From Nitrospirota bacterium (GTDB taxonomy: Bacteria; Nitrospirota; 9FT-COMBO-42-15; HDB-SIOI813), in assembly GCA_020851375.1 (NCBI GenBank), contig JADZCV010000022.1, positions 10,814 through 74,813 of the forward strand: 64,000 nt of DNA, in the 5' to 3' direction. Below the pieces are notes generated by a model, which worked only from the letters and a program-made list of their open reading frames with translations, was not told the DNA's origin and did not search any database. Position 1 is the stretch's first letter; each line of letters begins with the position of its first letter. Position numbers and translations under genes: made by a program. Shown here piece after piece: positions 26,542 through 37,279 of the stretch.

Positions 26542-27657
26542 TTACTTCCTCCTCAGTATCTTTTCCCGTGGATTTTCTGCATATAGCTCAGAAATTTTCC
26601 TGAACAGCTCCTTGTCAGCATCCGCAATGTTCCTGGGGATAGTTATTATCACCTTTACATACTGGTCCCCGCTGCCTCCACCTTTAAGAAGAGGCATCCC
26701 TTTTCCCTTAAGCCTGAACAACTGACCGCCCTGTGTGCCGGCTGGTATGGTCATAGAGGCAGTTCCATCCATAGTGGGCACCTCTATCCGGGCGCCGAGG
26801 GCTGCCTCGCTCACTGTGACAGGAACATCACAATAGAGGTCGTTTTCCTTCCGTTCATAGAATCTGTCAGGGCGGATTGATGTTATTATGAAGAGGTCTC
26901 CGCTCCTGCCTCCCCTTAATCCTGTCCCGCCCTTTCCTGCAACCCGAACCTTTGTCCCGTTATCAACACCCGGAGGTATCTTAACCATTATTTGTTCTGA
27001 TTTTGGTTTTATACCCCGGCCGCCGCACACCGGGCATGGAGGCGAAGTGCGCCCCAGGCCGTTGCATTGAGGACAGGTGGAAGAAACGCGCATAAACCCG
27101 GTTCCGCTGTCTACTTTACCTTTTCCATTGCAGGTCTTGCAGGTGGTCTTTTTTGCCCCAGGGTCTTCTCCGCTGCCGTTACATCGTTCACATGGTGTTT
27201 CTTTCTGGATTGTTATATAGGTAGATGTGCCGTGATACGCATCTATGAGGTCAATCTCAAGGTTATAATGCAAATCCCTGCCTGGTTCAGGGGCCGGCTT
27301 TGACTCCCTGCGCCCTCCGAATACATCTCCAAATACATCTTCAAAGATGGAGCCAAAGCCCCTGTCCTGAGCGGTTCTCTGATCAAACCCGCCGGACCAT
27401 GCCCTGAACCCGTCGTTTGCCTGGGCGCCGGTCTCAAACGCTGCATGCCCAAAGGAGTCATACTGCTTTCGCTTTGCCGGGTCGCCAAGCACCTCATAAG
27501 CCTCATTCAACTCCTTGAAATGCTGCTCAGCCGCTTTATTGTTGGGATTGAGGTCAGGATGGTATTTGCGGGCAAGTTTTCTGAATGCCTTCTTAAGCTG
27601 CTTCTCGTCAGCATCCCTGCTGACCCCAAGTATTTCGTAGTAATCCTTTTTGGCCAT
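26542..27657 (-). CDS. dnaJ: DnaJ co-chaperone
   Basis: J-domain (DYYEILGV...HPD), G/F region and four CxxCxGxG zinc-finger repeats. Confidence 0.95.
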   Translation of the reverse strand: MAKKDYYEILGVSRDADEKQLKKAFRKLARKYHPDLNPNNKAAEQHFKELNEAYEVLGDPAKRKQYDSFGHAAFETGAQANDGFRAWSGGFDQRTAQDRGFGSIFEDVFGDVFGGRRESKPAPEPGRDLHYNLEIDLIDAYHGTSTYITIQKETPCERCNGSGEDPGAKKTTCKTCNGKGKVDSGTGFMRVSSTCPQCNGLGRTSPPCPVCGGRGIKPKSEQIMVKIPPGVDNGTKVRVAGKGGTGLRGGRSGDLFIITSIRPDRFYERKENDLYCDVPVTVSEAALGARIEVPTMDGTASMTIPAGTQGGQLFRLKGKGMPLLKGGGSGDQYVKVIITIPRNIADADKELFRKISELYAENPREKILRRK

Positions 27658-27695
27658 GTATCAAGTCCTCTGGATGAAAATATAACAACAATTAT

Positions 27696-27725
27696 ATAAT
27701 AAGACTTGAGTGCGGCATCGTCAAG
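27696..27725 (-). promoter_or_regulatory. dnaJ-hspR-clpB promoter (TTGACG-17-TATTAT on the minus strand) overlapped by a HAIR-like HspR operator
   Basis: Plus strand 27705-27725 reads CTTGAGT-gcggcat-CGTCAAG against the HAIR consensus CTTGAGT-N7-ACTCAAG (one half perfect, the other 5/7). The -35 lies inside the right half. Confidence 0.6.
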
Positions 27726-27736
27726 GTTGCAAATGC

Positions 27737-28765
27737 CTACGGCGCCAGGTTATGGATGTCCTGAGGTTTGAATGCGCCCTTTTCAGTGATAATTGCAGCT
27801 ATATATTTTGCAGGCGTGACATCAAATGCCGGGTTTGCGATATTGACCTTTGCAGGCGCTATCCGGACTTTGCCAAATACGTTTGAGACCTCTGAGGCAT
27901 CCCTCTCTTCGATCGGGATATGATCACCGGATGGTATGCTGAAGTCTATGGTTGACACAGGGGCCGCTACATAAAATGGTATGCCATGCTCTTTGGCCAG
28001 GACTGCCACGCTGTAAGTCCCGATCTTGTTCGCAGCATCTCCGTTTCGTGCAATGCGGTCAGCGCCGACTACGCACAGGTTAATCATTCCCTTTTTCATG
28101 AAATATCCTGCCATGTTATCAGTAATAAGTGTGACATGAATCCCGTCTTCCATTAGTTCCCATGCGGTAAGCCTGGCACCCTGAAGCACCGGCCGCGTTT
28201 CATCTGCAAAGACTTTTATCTCCTTGCCTTCCTCTTTGGCTGCCCGGATTACTCCAAGCGCTGTCCCGTATCCTGCAGTAGCAAGTGCGCCTGCATTACA
28301 ATGGGTCAGTATAGTATCCCCGCTCCTGATAAATTGAGAGCCATGCCTCCCCATTGCCTTGTTTGCAGCTATGTCCTCTGTCAGTATCAGGTTTGATTCT
28401 TCGAACAATATGTCTTTAATGATATTTACTGGTTTTTCCTTGTTTGTGATGGCAACCTTCTTCATGCGCTCGATTGCCCAGAAGAGGTTGACGGCAGTAG
28501 GCCTTGTTGATCCAATGTGACTGCAGATCTTCTCCATTTCACTGTAAAATCCTGCAAAGTCAATTGCCCTTACTTCCCTGACTCCCAGTGCAATCCCCAT
28601 TGCAGCAGCAACACCTATGGCCGGAGCCCCGCGGATGATAAGCTCTTTTATCCCTTTGGCAACGTCCTGGTAAGTCTTGCAGTCAAAGTATATAACCTCG
28701 ACAGGCAGTTTCGTCTGGTTCAGCATGCTTACAATGCCATTCTTCCATTCAATTGTTGGTACCAT
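27737..28765 (-). CDS. mtnA: S-methyl-5-thioribose-1-phosphate isomerase (eIF-2B alpha/beta/delta family)
   Basis: 342 aa with [21 protein letters not shown] and [19 protein letters not shown] motifs. Confidence 0.88.
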   Translation of the reverse strand: MVPTIEWKNGIVSMLNQTKLPVEVIYFDCKTYQDVAKGIKELIIRGAPAIGVAAAMGIALGVREVRAIDFAGFYSEMEKICSHIGSTRPTAVNLFWAIERMKKVAITNKEKPVNIIKDILFEESNLILTEDIAANKAMGRHGSQFIRSGDTILTHCNAGALATAGYGTALGVIRAAKEEGKEIKVFADETRPVLQGARLTAWELMEDGIHVTLITDNMAGYFMKKGMINLCVVGADRIARNGDAANKIGTYSVAVLAKEHGIPFYVAAPVSTIDFSIPSGDHIPIEERDASEVSNVFGKVRIAPAKVNIANPAFDVTPAKYIAAIITEKGAFKPQDIHNLAP

Positions 28766-28844
28766 GAGTTCTCCCTGCTGTTAATTTACTTAAGTTTTAA
28801 ACAATCCAGGGGTATTTGTCAATCAACAAAAAACATGACAGAAT

Positions 28845-29621
28845 ATGGGCGTTATAATGAAAAGGGTTATATACATAATTCTATTATCACTTGCCGCCGT
28901 GTCCCTGGTCTGTCTTTTCTTCTTTCCAAATGTCTCCGGCTATAAAATGAAAAACCCGAAACGGACATCCATGATGGAGTTCAAGATGGCTCAGTGGAAG
29001 AAGAGCGGGGAAAATAGGAACATTTTTCAGGTCTGGGTGCCTCTATCAAAGATATCACCGTACCTCCTGAAGGCTGTGTTGATTGCTGAAGATGACAAGT
29101 TCTGGACCCATGAGGGATTCGACTACGAGGCCATACAAAAGGCGGCTGAAAAAAATATAAAGGCAGGGAAGTTCAGGGCAGGGGGCTCTACAATAAGCCA
29201 GCAGCTTGCCAAGAACCTGTTTCTTACGCCTGAAAAGTCTATCATAAGAAAGGTACGAGAGGCCATAATAACGTGGCGGATCGAGCGGGCATTGTCAAAA
29301 AGGAGGATACTTGAGCTTTATCTCAATGTTGTAGAGTGGGGCGATGGCGTATATGGCGCAGAGGCTGCAGCAAGGCATTATTTTGGAAAGAGTGCGCTGG
29401 AACTTGACCCGTTTGAGGCAGCGAGGCTTGCCGTAGTGCTGCCAAATCCTGTCAGATATAACCCTGCGGGTGAACAGAAGTATGTAATAAACCGTTCAAA
29501 TATAATCTACAATATAATGGTACGGCGGGGTATTGTTATACCTGTATATGACGAGATTCAGGAGGAGAAGGCTATTGATGAAGGCCAACCTGCTGATATT
29601 CAGTCTGACGCTATACAGTAA
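28845..29621 (+). CDS. mtgA: Monofunctional peptidoglycan glycosyltransferase
   Basis: EDDKFWTHEGFD, GGSTISQQLAKN and RKVREAIITWRIE motifs of the GT51 family. It has a single N-terminal TM (alternative start 28857). Confidence 0.88.
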   Translation: MGVIMKRVIYIILLSLAAVSLVCLFFFPNVSGYKMKNPKRTSMMEFKMAQWKKSGENRNIFQVWVPLSKISPYLLKAVLIAEDDKFWTHEGFDYEAIQKAAEKNIKAGKFRAGGSTISQQLAKNLFLTPEKSIIRKVREAIITWRIERALSKRRILELYLNVVEWGDGVYGAEAAARHYFGKSALELDPFEAARLAVVLPNPVRYNPAGEQKYVINRSNIIYNIMVRRGIVIPVYDEIQEEKAIDEGQPADIQSDAIQ

Positions 29622-29760
29622 ATCTTGCAATCTTCCCTGTTTTTATTTAACATGGCTTCAGGATGAAAAAGGTAATTTCATATTATACCTATTATTTAGC
29701 CGGTTTCTCCTGAGAGAAAAGTGATTGTCCGAAACCCGAATCCATGCAGGAATAGATGTC

Positions 29761-29988
29761 ATGACAGCGGATAGCAGCGAGTCCAATGAACCTGATGCGT
29801 TAGAAACAAAGTTTCGTAAATGGCGGGCTCAGCACAAAACACCGGGCACGGTAGTCGCTGCCCATAGGGAAGTCCTGCTGGAACGGGTGGCCCAATCAAT
29901 GACATTCGAAGGCGAACCTATTACGGTGGATCGTCTTAAAATCCTGTTAGATCAACTAGACCAATGGACGAAGAAGAAGAAAAGTTAG
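29761..29988 (+). CDS. Fic antitoxin (class I, VbhA/FicA-like)
   Basis: 75 aa from ATG 29761. It contains SMTFEG, which fits the inhibitory motif (S/T)xxxE(G/N), and overlaps the fic gene by 25 nt. Confidence 0.65.
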   Translation: MTADSSESNEPDALETKFRKWRAQHKTPGTVVAAHREVLLERVAQSMTFEGEPITVDRLKILLDQLDQWTKKKKS

Positions 29989-30566
29989 GATCAACCCGGT
30001 CGTTTGAGACAAATGAAGGCGAGCTTACCTATACGGAAGTCTCAGAAAGGCTTGCCGTCTCGCTTGCCAGGATGCTCTCTCAGCTTTTACAGAATCCACC
30101 CCACGAGATCGTTGTCACGCCCGATTGGCTCTGTCAGAGACACCAGGAACTCGCCGGGCACCTGTTTCCTGAATGGGCTGGACGGTTTCGTACAACTGAT
30201 GTGAAAGTGGGTACACTGGAGCCGCCGGCTTATTACAAAGTACCGGTTCTCGTGCGGTCTTTCTGTGACGATTTGGCCGAGAGGCTGTGGCATGTGGACG
30301 ATGATAATCTGCACGATATCGCTGCTTTCCTCGCCTGGGTGGACTGGCGGTTTCAGTGGATACATCCCTTCAAAGATTTTAACGGCCGCATTGGCCGCCT
30401 GACGCTGGCAGCGCTTCTTTACAAGCTTGCCCTGCCCCCTGTCGAAACTGCACCCACGAGCCCGGAGGGGCGTCGTGAATATCTCGAAGCCCTGCGAGCC
30501 GGTGATGCAGGCAATCTCGCTCCGCTTCAAAAATTATGGATCCGGCGGCTCGGAGAGGCAATCTAA
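29964..30566 (+). CDS. fic: Fic-domain protein (AMPylase-type toxin)
   Basis: HPFKDFNGRIGR fits the core HxFx(D/E)GNGRxxR, with Phe in place of the first Gly. Confidence 0.8.
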   Translation: MDEEEEKLGSTRSFETNEGELTYTEVSERLAVSLARMLSQLLQNPPHEIVVTPDWLCQRHQELAGHLFPEWAGRFRTTDVKVGTLEPPAYYKVPVLVRSFCDDLAERLWHVDDDNLHDIAAFLAWVDWRFQWIHPFKDFNGRIGRLTLAALLYKLALPPVETAPTSPEGRREYLEALRAGDAGNLAPLQKLWIRRLGEAI

Positions 30567-30671
30567 CCGCTGGTGTTGACTGGATCATGCAAACGTGTAA
30601 TCATTGTCAGGATTGAAAAGATCCCGGCACTTGTTAAGTTCTGACGCTGGCACTCATGATGGGAGGCATTC

Positions 30672-31088
30672 ATGGCAAAAAGAAAGTTGTTTATTACTGA
30701 GTATGACAAATCGAGACTCGAGGAACTCATTGCGGTGGCCGAGGAGTTTGGCCGCCATGACAGGAAGGATCTGGAGTCTCTGTCAGAAGAATTGGATAAG
30801 GCAGTAGTAGTGTCTCCCAAAGATGTGCCTCCAGATGTGGTAACAATGAACTCAAAGGTCGTCCTGCGTGATCTGGATACTTCTGATGAAATGACCTATG
30901 TCCTTGTTTTTCCAAGAGATGCAAACATCAGTTTGGGGGCTATCTCGGTTCTCGCCCCTGTGGGCACGGCGATCCTTGGATACGCTAAAGGTGATGTTGT
31001 GAAATGGTCTGTTCCGTCTGGAGTGCGCCGAATCCGCATCGAGAAAATTCTTTACCAGCCCGAAGCGGCCGGAGATTATCATCTATAA
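30672..31088 (+). CDS. rnk: GreA/GreB-family regulator, Rnk-like
   Basis: 138 aa with a short N-terminal coiled segment and a GreA C-terminal-like domain (MNSKVVLRDLDTSDEMTYVLVFP...APVGTAILGYAKGDVV). Confidence 0.75.
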   Translation: MAKRKLFITEYDKSRLEELIAVAEEFGRHDRKDLESLSEELDKAVVVSPKDVPPDVVTMNSKVVLRDLDTSDEMTYVLVFPRDANISLGAISVLAPVGTAILGYAKGDVVKWSVPSGVRRIRIEKILYQPEAAGDYHL

Positions 31089-31326
31089 TGTAAGCGTGCG
31101 GCTGCACCTGATGCGGCTATAATGCCAGTTAAAGAGTTGGCTGGAGTTGTCGCCAGGCTCTGTAGCGGAGCATCCCCCCTTGCCCCGGCGGCATCGCTGG
31201 TGAGCCGTCACACTCAATGGATATACACCCTAATAAAGTAACTTGACGTCCTTCTCCCTATTTTGATAACATCACATAACATTTTTTAAGGGAATCCTTT
31301 GTAAATTAAGGTAGCGGAGGTAGTTT

Positions 31327-32799
31327 ATGCTAAATCATGACATGGAAGAGGCGGTTACTTTCGATGATGTCGTATTAGTGCCGTCAAGGGCAGATATTCA
31401 TCCAAAGGATGTTGATACCAGCTCACGGCTGACAAAAAATATCAGGCTTAATATACCTATTGTGAGCGCTGCAATGGATACTGTAACCGAGGCCCGGTTG
31501 GCTATAGCTATTGCAAGGGCCGGTGGCATAGGGATTATGCACAGGGCAATGGCCCCGGAGAAACAGGCCGCTGAGGTGGAGATGGTCAAGAAGTCCGAGA
31601 GCGGGATGATTATGCGGCCTGTAACAATCTCTCCCCATCAGAAGATATTTGATGCACTTGAGATTATGAAGAGGTACAGGATATCAGGCATTCCTGTGAC
31701 TGAGAACGAAAAGCTGGTAGGCATACTTACGAACAGGGACCTGAGGTTTGAGAAGAGGCTTGACCTTGCTGTCGCCGATATCATGACAAAGGACAACCTT
31801 ATTACCGCACCCGTTGGCACTACACTCGAAGATGCGAAGGAGATTCTGCAAACCAACAGGATTGAGAAACTGCCAGTTGTAGATGAGGCATTCAACCTCA
31901 AGGGTCTTATTACAATCAAGGACATTGAGAAGAGGATACAACACCCTAATGCGTGCAAAGACCAGATGGGGAGGCTAAGGGTAGGCGCTGCAGTTGGTGT
32001 CGGTGAAGACGAGAAGAAGAGGGTGGAACTCCTTATTGGCGCTGGTGTGGATGTTGTCGTGGTTGACACTGCGCATGGTCATTCCATAAGGGTGATCGAG
32101 ATGGTCGGGTATATAAGGAAGAGGTTCCCTGACCTGGGCATCATGGCAGGGAATATAGCCACTGCAGAGGGTGCAAAGGACCTTATAAATGCAGGCGTGG
32201 ATTCGGTCAAGGTTGGCGTAGGCCCGGGATCCATTTGCACTACGAGGGTCGTGTCAGGGGCTGGTATGCCCCAACTGACGGCCATATCAAAATGCTCTGA
32301 TATTGCAAAGGCCCATGGCATCCCTGTTATTGCTGACGGCGGCATTAAATATTCGGGAGATATAGTCAAGGCCATAGCAGCAGGTGCAGATGCAGTGATG
32401 ATCGGCGGACTTTTTGCAGGGACAGAGGAGAGCCCGGGAGAGGTCGTGCTGCTGCAGGGCAGGAGCTACAAGGTCTATCGCGGCATGGGTTCCCTTGGGG
32501 CAATGGAGAGGGGCGGCAGGGACAGATACTTCCAGGAAGGTGAGACGAGTGAGAAAAAGCTCGTACCTGAGGGCATAGAGGGCAGGGTACCATATAAGGG
32601 AACGCTCTCAGCAGTAATATATCAACTCGTTGGCGGATTGAGATCCGGCATGGGTTACTGCGGCTGCGGTTCCATTGAAGAGTTAAAGGCAAAGGCAAGG
32701 TTTGTGCGTGTTACTTCAGCAGGTTTCAGGGAAGGGCACGTCCATGACGTGATAATAACAAAAGAGGCCCCGAATTATCATTTGGAAGGTGAAGTGTGA
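31327..32799 (+). CDS. guaB: IMP dehydrogenase
   Basis: 490 aa with tandem CBS inserts, the catalytic loop [11 protein letters not shown], and GGIKYSGD. Confidence 0.96.
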   Translation: MLNHDMEEAVTFDDVVLVPSRADIHPKDVDTSSRLTKNIRLNIPIVSAAMDTVTEARLAIAIARAGGIGIMHRAMAPEKQAAEVEMVKKSESGMIMRPVTISPHQKIFDALEIMKRYRISGIPVTENEKLVGILTNRDLRFEKRLDLAVADIMTKDNLITAPVGTTLEDAKEILQTNRIEKLPVVDEAFNLKGLITIKDIEKRIQHPNACKDQMGRLRVGAAVGVGEDEKKRVELLIGAGVDVVVVDTAHGHSIRVIEMVGYIRKRFPDLGIMAGNIATAEGAKDLINAGVDSVKVGVGPGSICTTRVVSGAGMPQLTAISKCSDIAKAHGIPVIADGGIKYSGDIVKAIAAGADAVMIGGLFAGTEESPGEVVLLQGRSYKVYRGMGSLGAMERGGRDRYFQEGETSEKKLVPEGIEGRVPYKGTLSAVIYQLVGGLRSGMGYCGCGSIEELKAKARFVRVTSAGFREGHVHDVIITKEAPNYHLEGEV

Positions 32800-34343
32800 A
32801 AGATATACATACAGACAAGATTCTCGTACTTGACTTTGGCTCTCAGTACACACAGCTTATTGCGAGGCGTGTGAGAGAGGCCAGGGTCTATTCCGAGATA
32901 ATGCCCTATAATGTCCCGTTTTCCAAAATCAGGAAATTCAATCCCAAAGGGATCATACTCTCCGGAGGCCCATCGAGCGTCTATCAGAAGGGCGCGCCGC
33001 TTTGCTCGCGCGAGGTGTTCAGGTTGAATGTCCCTGTGCTTGGCATTTGCTACGGCATGCAGCTCATGACGCACCTCTTTGAAGGTAAGGTTGGAAAGGC
33101 CCAAAAGAGGGAATACGGCAAGGCAGAGCTGTATATTGATGATGATACAAGTATCCTTGAGGGTATAGGCAATGGTTCGGTCGTGTGGATGAGCCATGGG
33201 GACAAGATAGATGCAATGCCGGAAGGTTTTTCAGCTATAGGACATACTGCAAATTCCCCTATCGCTGCGATGGGTGATGACAGGAGGAGGTTTTACGGAC
33301 TTCAATTTCACCCTGAGGTAGTACACACGCAGTTTGGGACGAGGATCCTCCACAATTTTGTTTACAATATATGCGGCTGTTCTGCCACATGGACGATGAA
33401 GTCATTTCTTGAATATTCCATTGAAAATATAAAAAAGAAGGTGGGCCGCAAACACGTCATATGCGCACTCAGCGGCGGGGTTGATTCCACAGTAGTTGCA
33501 ACCCTTGTCAGCCGTGCAGTCGGCGGACAGCTTACCAGCATTTTTGTCAATAATGGCCTGCTTCGAAAGGATGAGGCAGAGAAGGTCCAGCAGATGTTCA
33601 GCGAGACACTGCACCTGAACCTAAGATATGTTGATGCATCTGAATCATTCCTCGAAAAACTCGAAGGTATTACAGACCCTGAGAAGAAGAGGAAGATTAT
33701 TGGAAGAGAGTTTATAAGGGTATTTGAAAAAGAGGCCAAAAAGACCGGAAAGGCAGAGTTCCTTGCACAGGGGACCCTCTATCCGGATGTGATAGAGAGT
33801 GTATCGTTCAAGGGGCCGTCTGCAACTATCAAGACCCACCACAATGTTGGGGGGCTTCCGACTAAGATGCAGTTTGCCCTTATCGAGCCGTTGAGGGAGT
33901 TATTTAAGGACGAGGTGCGGGTTCTTGGTAAAGAGCTTGGCATACCTGACGAGATCCTCTGGAGGCAGCCATTCCCAGGTCCAGGTCTTGCGATACGGGT
34001 CCTTGGAGACGTAACTGAAGAGCGGTTGAGCATCCTAAGAGAGGCAGATGCGATAGTGATTGAAGAGATAAAGAGAGAAGGGCTTTACAAAGATATATGG
34101 CAGTCGTTTGCAGTGCTCCTTCCTGTCAAGACAGTAGGTGTGATGGGTGATGAGAGGACTTATGAGAACGTCGTTGCTCTCAGGGCAGTGACAAGCATGG
34201 ACGGGATGACAGCAGACTGGGTGAAACTGCCGTATGAACTCCTTGGCAGGATATCCAACAGGATTATTAATGAGGTTAAAGGGGTGAACAGGGTAGTTTA
34301 CGACATTAGTTCGAAGCCGCCAAGCACTATAGAGTGGGAATAG
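32796..34343 (+). CDS. guaA: GMP synthase (glutamine-hydrolysing)
   Basis: GATase domain ([14 protein letters not shown]), ATP-PPase SGGVDS motif and the C-terminal dimerisation domain ending IEWE. Confidence 0.96.
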   Translation: MKDIHTDKILVLDFGSQYTQLIARRVREARVYSEIMPYNVPFSKIRKFNPKGIILSGGPSSVYQKGAPLCSREVFRLNVPVLGICYGMQLMTHLFEGKVGKAQKREYGKAELYIDDDTSILEGIGNGSVVWMSHGDKIDAMPEGFSAIGHTANSPIAAMGDDRRRFYGLQFHPEVVHTQFGTRILHNFVYNICGCSATWTMKSFLEYSIENIKKKVGRKHVICALSGGVDSTVVATLVSRAVGGQLTSIFVNNGLLRKDEAEKVQQMFSETLHLNLRYVDASESFLEKLEGITDPEKKRKIIGREFIRVFEKEAKKTGKAEFLAQGTLYPDVIESVSFKGPSATIKTHHNVGGLPTKMQFALIEPLRELFKDEVRVLGKELGIPDEILWRQPFPGPGLAIRVLGDVTEERLSILREADAIVIEEIKREGLYKDIWQSFAVLLPVKTVGVMGDERTYENVVALRAVTSMDGMTADWVKLPYELLGRISNRIINEVKGVNRVVYDISSKPPSTIEWE

Positions 34344-34355
34344 TTGTTGGAAGTC

Positions 34356-34441
34356 GTCATTCCCGCGCAAGCGGGAATCCAGTGACAGGTAATAGTTGTC
34401 GTGATGATGCGACCGTCATTCCCGCGTAAGCTGGAATCCAG
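34356..34441. repeat. Two direct REP units (GTCATTCCCGCGCAAGCGGGAATCCAG / GTCATTCCCGCGTAAGCTGGAATCCAG)
   Basis: Units at 34356-34382 and 34415-34441, between guaA and rluB. Confidence 0.85.
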
Positions 34442-34446
34442 TTTGA

Positions 34447-35211
34447 TTGGAGATAAATTTGCAGGAGAGGTTGCAGAAGATCATATCAGCGGCAGGTGTA
34501 GCGTCAAGGCGGAAGGCTGAAGAGCTTATAGTGGAAGGGTGTGTCACTGTCAATGGCCGTATTGTAAGCGAACTTGGCGCCAAGGCTGACCCGGAAAAGG
34601 ATGCAATAAAGGTCAGCGGCAAGCTTATCCATCTTCCCCAGAGTAAGACCTACATCGTCCTGAACAAACCAAGGGGATACATTACCTCTATGAAGGACCC
34701 TGAGGGGAGGCCTGTCGTAACGGAGCTTCTTAAAGGCGTCAAGGCAAGGGTGGTCCCGGTAGGACGGCTTGATTACGATACTGAAGGCCTCCTTATCCTG
34801 ACAAATGACGGAGACCTTGCGCACTCCCTTATGCACCCCTCGCATGAGATAACCAAGACATATCTGGCCAAGGTCAAGGGGGTCATTGAGGATAGCGCTA
34901 TTGAAAAATTGAGAAAAGGTGTAAAACTGAGAGAAGGCCTGACCGCTCCTGCGACGGTAAACAAGTTGAAAAAGACTGATGCCAACTGCTGGGTTGAGAT
35001 TACTGTTCACGAAGGGAGATACCGCCAGGTCAGGAGGATGCTGGAGGAAGTAGGGTATCCGGTCATAAAGCTCATCCGCGTAACTTACGGCCCGTTGGCC
35101 CTCGGGAATGTTCCTCTGGGCAAATACAGGCATCTGACGCCGGATGAGGTAAAACTCCTGAAGGATGAGTCAACAGGAGTTATCAGGAAAAGGACAGCAA
35201 CAGGCAGGTAG
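34447..35211 (+). CDS. rluB: Pseudouridine synthase, RsuA/RluB family
   Basis: S4 domain (RLQKIISAAGVASRRKAEELIVEGCVTVNG) and the catalytic VGRLDYDTEGLLILTNDG motif. Start uncertain (TTG 34447 or 34459). Confidence 0.88.
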   Translation: MEINLQERLQKIISAAGVASRRKAEELIVEGCVTVNGRIVSELGAKADPEKDAIKVSGKLIHLPQSKTYIVLNKPRGYITSMKDPEGRPVVTELLKGVKARVVPVGRLDYDTEGLLILTNDGDLAHSLMHPSHEITKTYLAKVKGVIEDSAIEKLRKGVKLREGLTAPATVNKLKKTDANCWVEITVHEGRYRQVRRMLEEVGYPVIKLIRVTYGPLALGNVPLGKYRHLTPDEVKLLKDESTGVIRKRTATGR

Positions 35212-35213
35212 GC

Positions 35214-35277
35214 AATTCCGGGGACACCATACTTAATTCTGTAATTTTACAGAATTAAGTATGGTGTCCCCGGAATT
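35214..35277. repeat. 64-bp near-perfect palindrome (two 31-nt arms, 2-nt centre), a possible terminator or REP
   Basis: AATTCCGGGGACACCATACTTAATTCTGTAA-tt-TTACAGAATTAAGTATGGTGTCCCCGGAATT, starting 3 nt after the rluB stop. Confidence 0.8.
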
Positions 35278-35282
35278 AAAGA

Positions 35283-35357
35283 AAAATCCCCCTTAGTCCC
35301 CCTTTTCAAAGGGGGAAATTAGTTCCCCCCTTTAATAAAGGGGGGATGGGGGGATTT
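35283..35357. repeat. Two-unit copy of the C-tract/G-tract hairpin element (same family as 53331-53529)
   Basis: aaaatccccc...tcccccttttcaaaggggga...ccccccTTTAATAAAgggggg...gggggattt. Confidence 0.8.
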
Positions 35358-35373
35358 GGTTGGGGATTTTCAC

Positions 35374-37128
35374 GTGAAACGTACACACTACTGTGGTGAA
35401 TTGAGAAAGAGCGATATTGGCAGGAAGATATCTCTAAACGGCTGGGTCAACAGGCGGAGAGACCATGGGGGCCTTATCTTCATTGATCTGCGCGACCGAG
35501 AGGGGCTTGTGCAGGTCGTGTTTAATCCTGAACGAGACAGCAATGTCCATAAGACAGCCCATGAACTGCGAAGCGAGTATGTCATCTCTATAGATGGCGA
35601 GGTTGCAGCAAGACCGCAGGGCACGGAGAACAGCAAACTTCCAACTGGCGACGTAGAGATATTAGCCAATAGCCTTACCATACTGAATACATCGAAGACT
35701 GTCCCCTTCCCGATAGATGAAGAGACAGAGGTAGCAGAAAATCTGAGGTTCAAATACAGGTATCTCGATTTAAGAAGGGAGACGCTCAGGAATAATCTCC
35801 TATTCCGCTACAGGTTTTTAAACTCAGTAAGGGCATTCCTTCATGAGAAGGGCTTTATTGACGTAGAAACCCCGTTTCTCACCAAGAGCACGCCTGAGGG
35901 TGCAAGGGACTATTTAGTACCGAGCAGGCTCAATCCGCAGACCTTCTATGCGCTGCCCCAGTCTCCCCAGCTCTTCAAACAGATACTCATGGTGGCAGGC
36001 TTTGACCGCTACTACCAGGTAGTTAAGTGTTTCAGGGATGAAGACTTGAGGGCAGACAGGCAGCCGGAGTTCACCCAGATTGATCTTGAGATGTCCTTTG
36101 TTGACCGCGAGGATGTCATTTCACTGATGGAGGAGATGCTCGTCAGGGTGATAAAAGAGACCAAAGGGATTGATGTAGCGACCCCATTCCCGAGGATGTC
36201 TTATAAAGAGGTAATGGACAGATTTGGGATTGACAAGCCTGACCTCAGGTTCGGGCTTGAATTAAAGGACATATCGGACATTGCATCTCAGGTTGATTTC
36301 AAGGTCTTCAAACAGACGATCGAGCAGAAGGGTATTGTAAAGGGGATTTCACTGCCGGGTCTTGCCGCCTCCTCGCGAAAGGAGCTTGACGACCTGACAG
36401 AGTTTGCAAAAGGTTATGGGGCCAAAGGGCTTGCATGGGTGAAGGTTACAGAGAATGGCTTCGAGGCGCCAATAACCAAGTTCTTCTCACAGGATCAGTT
36501 AAAGGGCATTGCAGAGAGATTGGGCGCTGGAAGCGGCGACTTGATGATCTTTGTCGCTGATAAGCCAAAGGTGGTCAATGATACACTGGCCCAGATAAGA
36601 CTGCAAATGGGGGATCGCCTGAATCTGATAAATAAGGATGAGTACTGCTTCCTATGGGTTATGGATTTTCCTCTCCTCGAATATGATGATGAAGAGAAGA
36701 GGTATGTTGCCATGCACCACCCCTTTACCTCACCGATGCCCGAAGATGTCCCGAACCTCGACACCGACCCTTTGTCTGTGAGGGCAAGGGCCTATGACAT
36801 AGTAATGAACGGTTCAGAGATCGGCGGCGGCAGTATTCGTATACACACAAGGGAATTACAGAAGAAGATGTTTGAGAAGCTCGGTATCAAAGAAGAAGAG
36901 GCAGAGGCAAAATTCGGCTTCCTCCTTGAGGCCCTTGATTATGGCGCACCTCCTCATGGCGGGATTGCCTTTGGAGTTGACAGGATAATAATGCTGTTGA
37001 CCGGTGCAGAGTCCATACGCGATGTGATAGCATTCCCAAAGACACAGAAAGGAATCTGCCCCATGACAGACGCCCCATCGCCGGTAGAGCAGAAGCAATT
37101 GAAAGAGTTGCACATTAAACTCGATTAG
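35374..37128 (+). CDS. aspS: Aspartate--tRNA ligase
   Basis: VKRTHYCGELR start is typical. Class II motifs FRDEDLRADRQPEFTQID and GGGSIRIH...GIAFGVDR are present. The track's TTG 35356 start lies inside the repeat element, so GTG 35374 is preferred. Confidence 0.95.
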   Translation: MKRTHYCGELRKSDIGRKISLNGWVNRRRDHGGLIFIDLRDREGLVQVVFNPERDSNVHKTAHELRSEYVISIDGEVAARPQGTENSKLPTGDVEILANSLTILNTSKTVPFPIDEETEVAENLRFKYRYLDLRRETLRNNLLFRYRFLNSVRAFLHEKGFIDVETPFLTKSTPEGARDYLVPSRLNPQTFYALPQSPQLFKQILMVAGFDRYYQVVKCFRDEDLRADRQPEFTQIDLEMSFVDREDVISLMEEMLVRVIKETKGIDVATPFPRMSYKEVMDRFGIDKPDLRFGLELKDISDIASQVDFKVFKQTIEQKGIVKGISLPGLAASSRKELDDLTEFAKGYGAKGLAWVKVTENGFEAPITKFFSQDQLKGIAERLGAGSGDLMIFVADKPKVVNDTLAQIRLQMGDRLNLINKDEYCFLWVMDFPLLEYDDEEKRYVAMHHPFTSPMPEDVPNLDTDPLSVRARAYDIVMNGSEIGGGSIRIHTRELQKKMFEKLGIKEEEAEAKFGFLLEALDYGAPPHGGIAFGVDRIIMLLTGAESIRDVIAFPKTQKGICPMTDAPSPVEQKQLKELHIKLD

Positions 37129-37143
37129 TAATTCTGAGTAATT

Positions 37144-37193
37144 GTCATTCCCGCGTAAGCGGGAATCCAGAATCAGGGTGGGCATTGCCCACC
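37144..37193. repeat. REP unit plus adjacent GGTGGGC-att-GCCCACC hairpin
   Basis: gtcattcccgcgtaagcgggaatccag at 37144-37170, with a second hairpin at 37177-37193. Confidence 0.8.
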
Positions 37194-37279
37194 TTAACAA
37201 GTTGCAGGATAGTCGGGACATTCATGTCCCGCTATTTTAAAAGCGCCGGCCTTCATGGTCGGCGATGAGCTGACTTAAC

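Noticed and set aside
31089-31326. The 238-bp spacer upstream of guaB, inspected for a purine/guanine riboswitch.
   Set aside because: I could not find the conserved purine-riboswitch core or three-way junction pairing. Only weak promoter-like hexamers are present.
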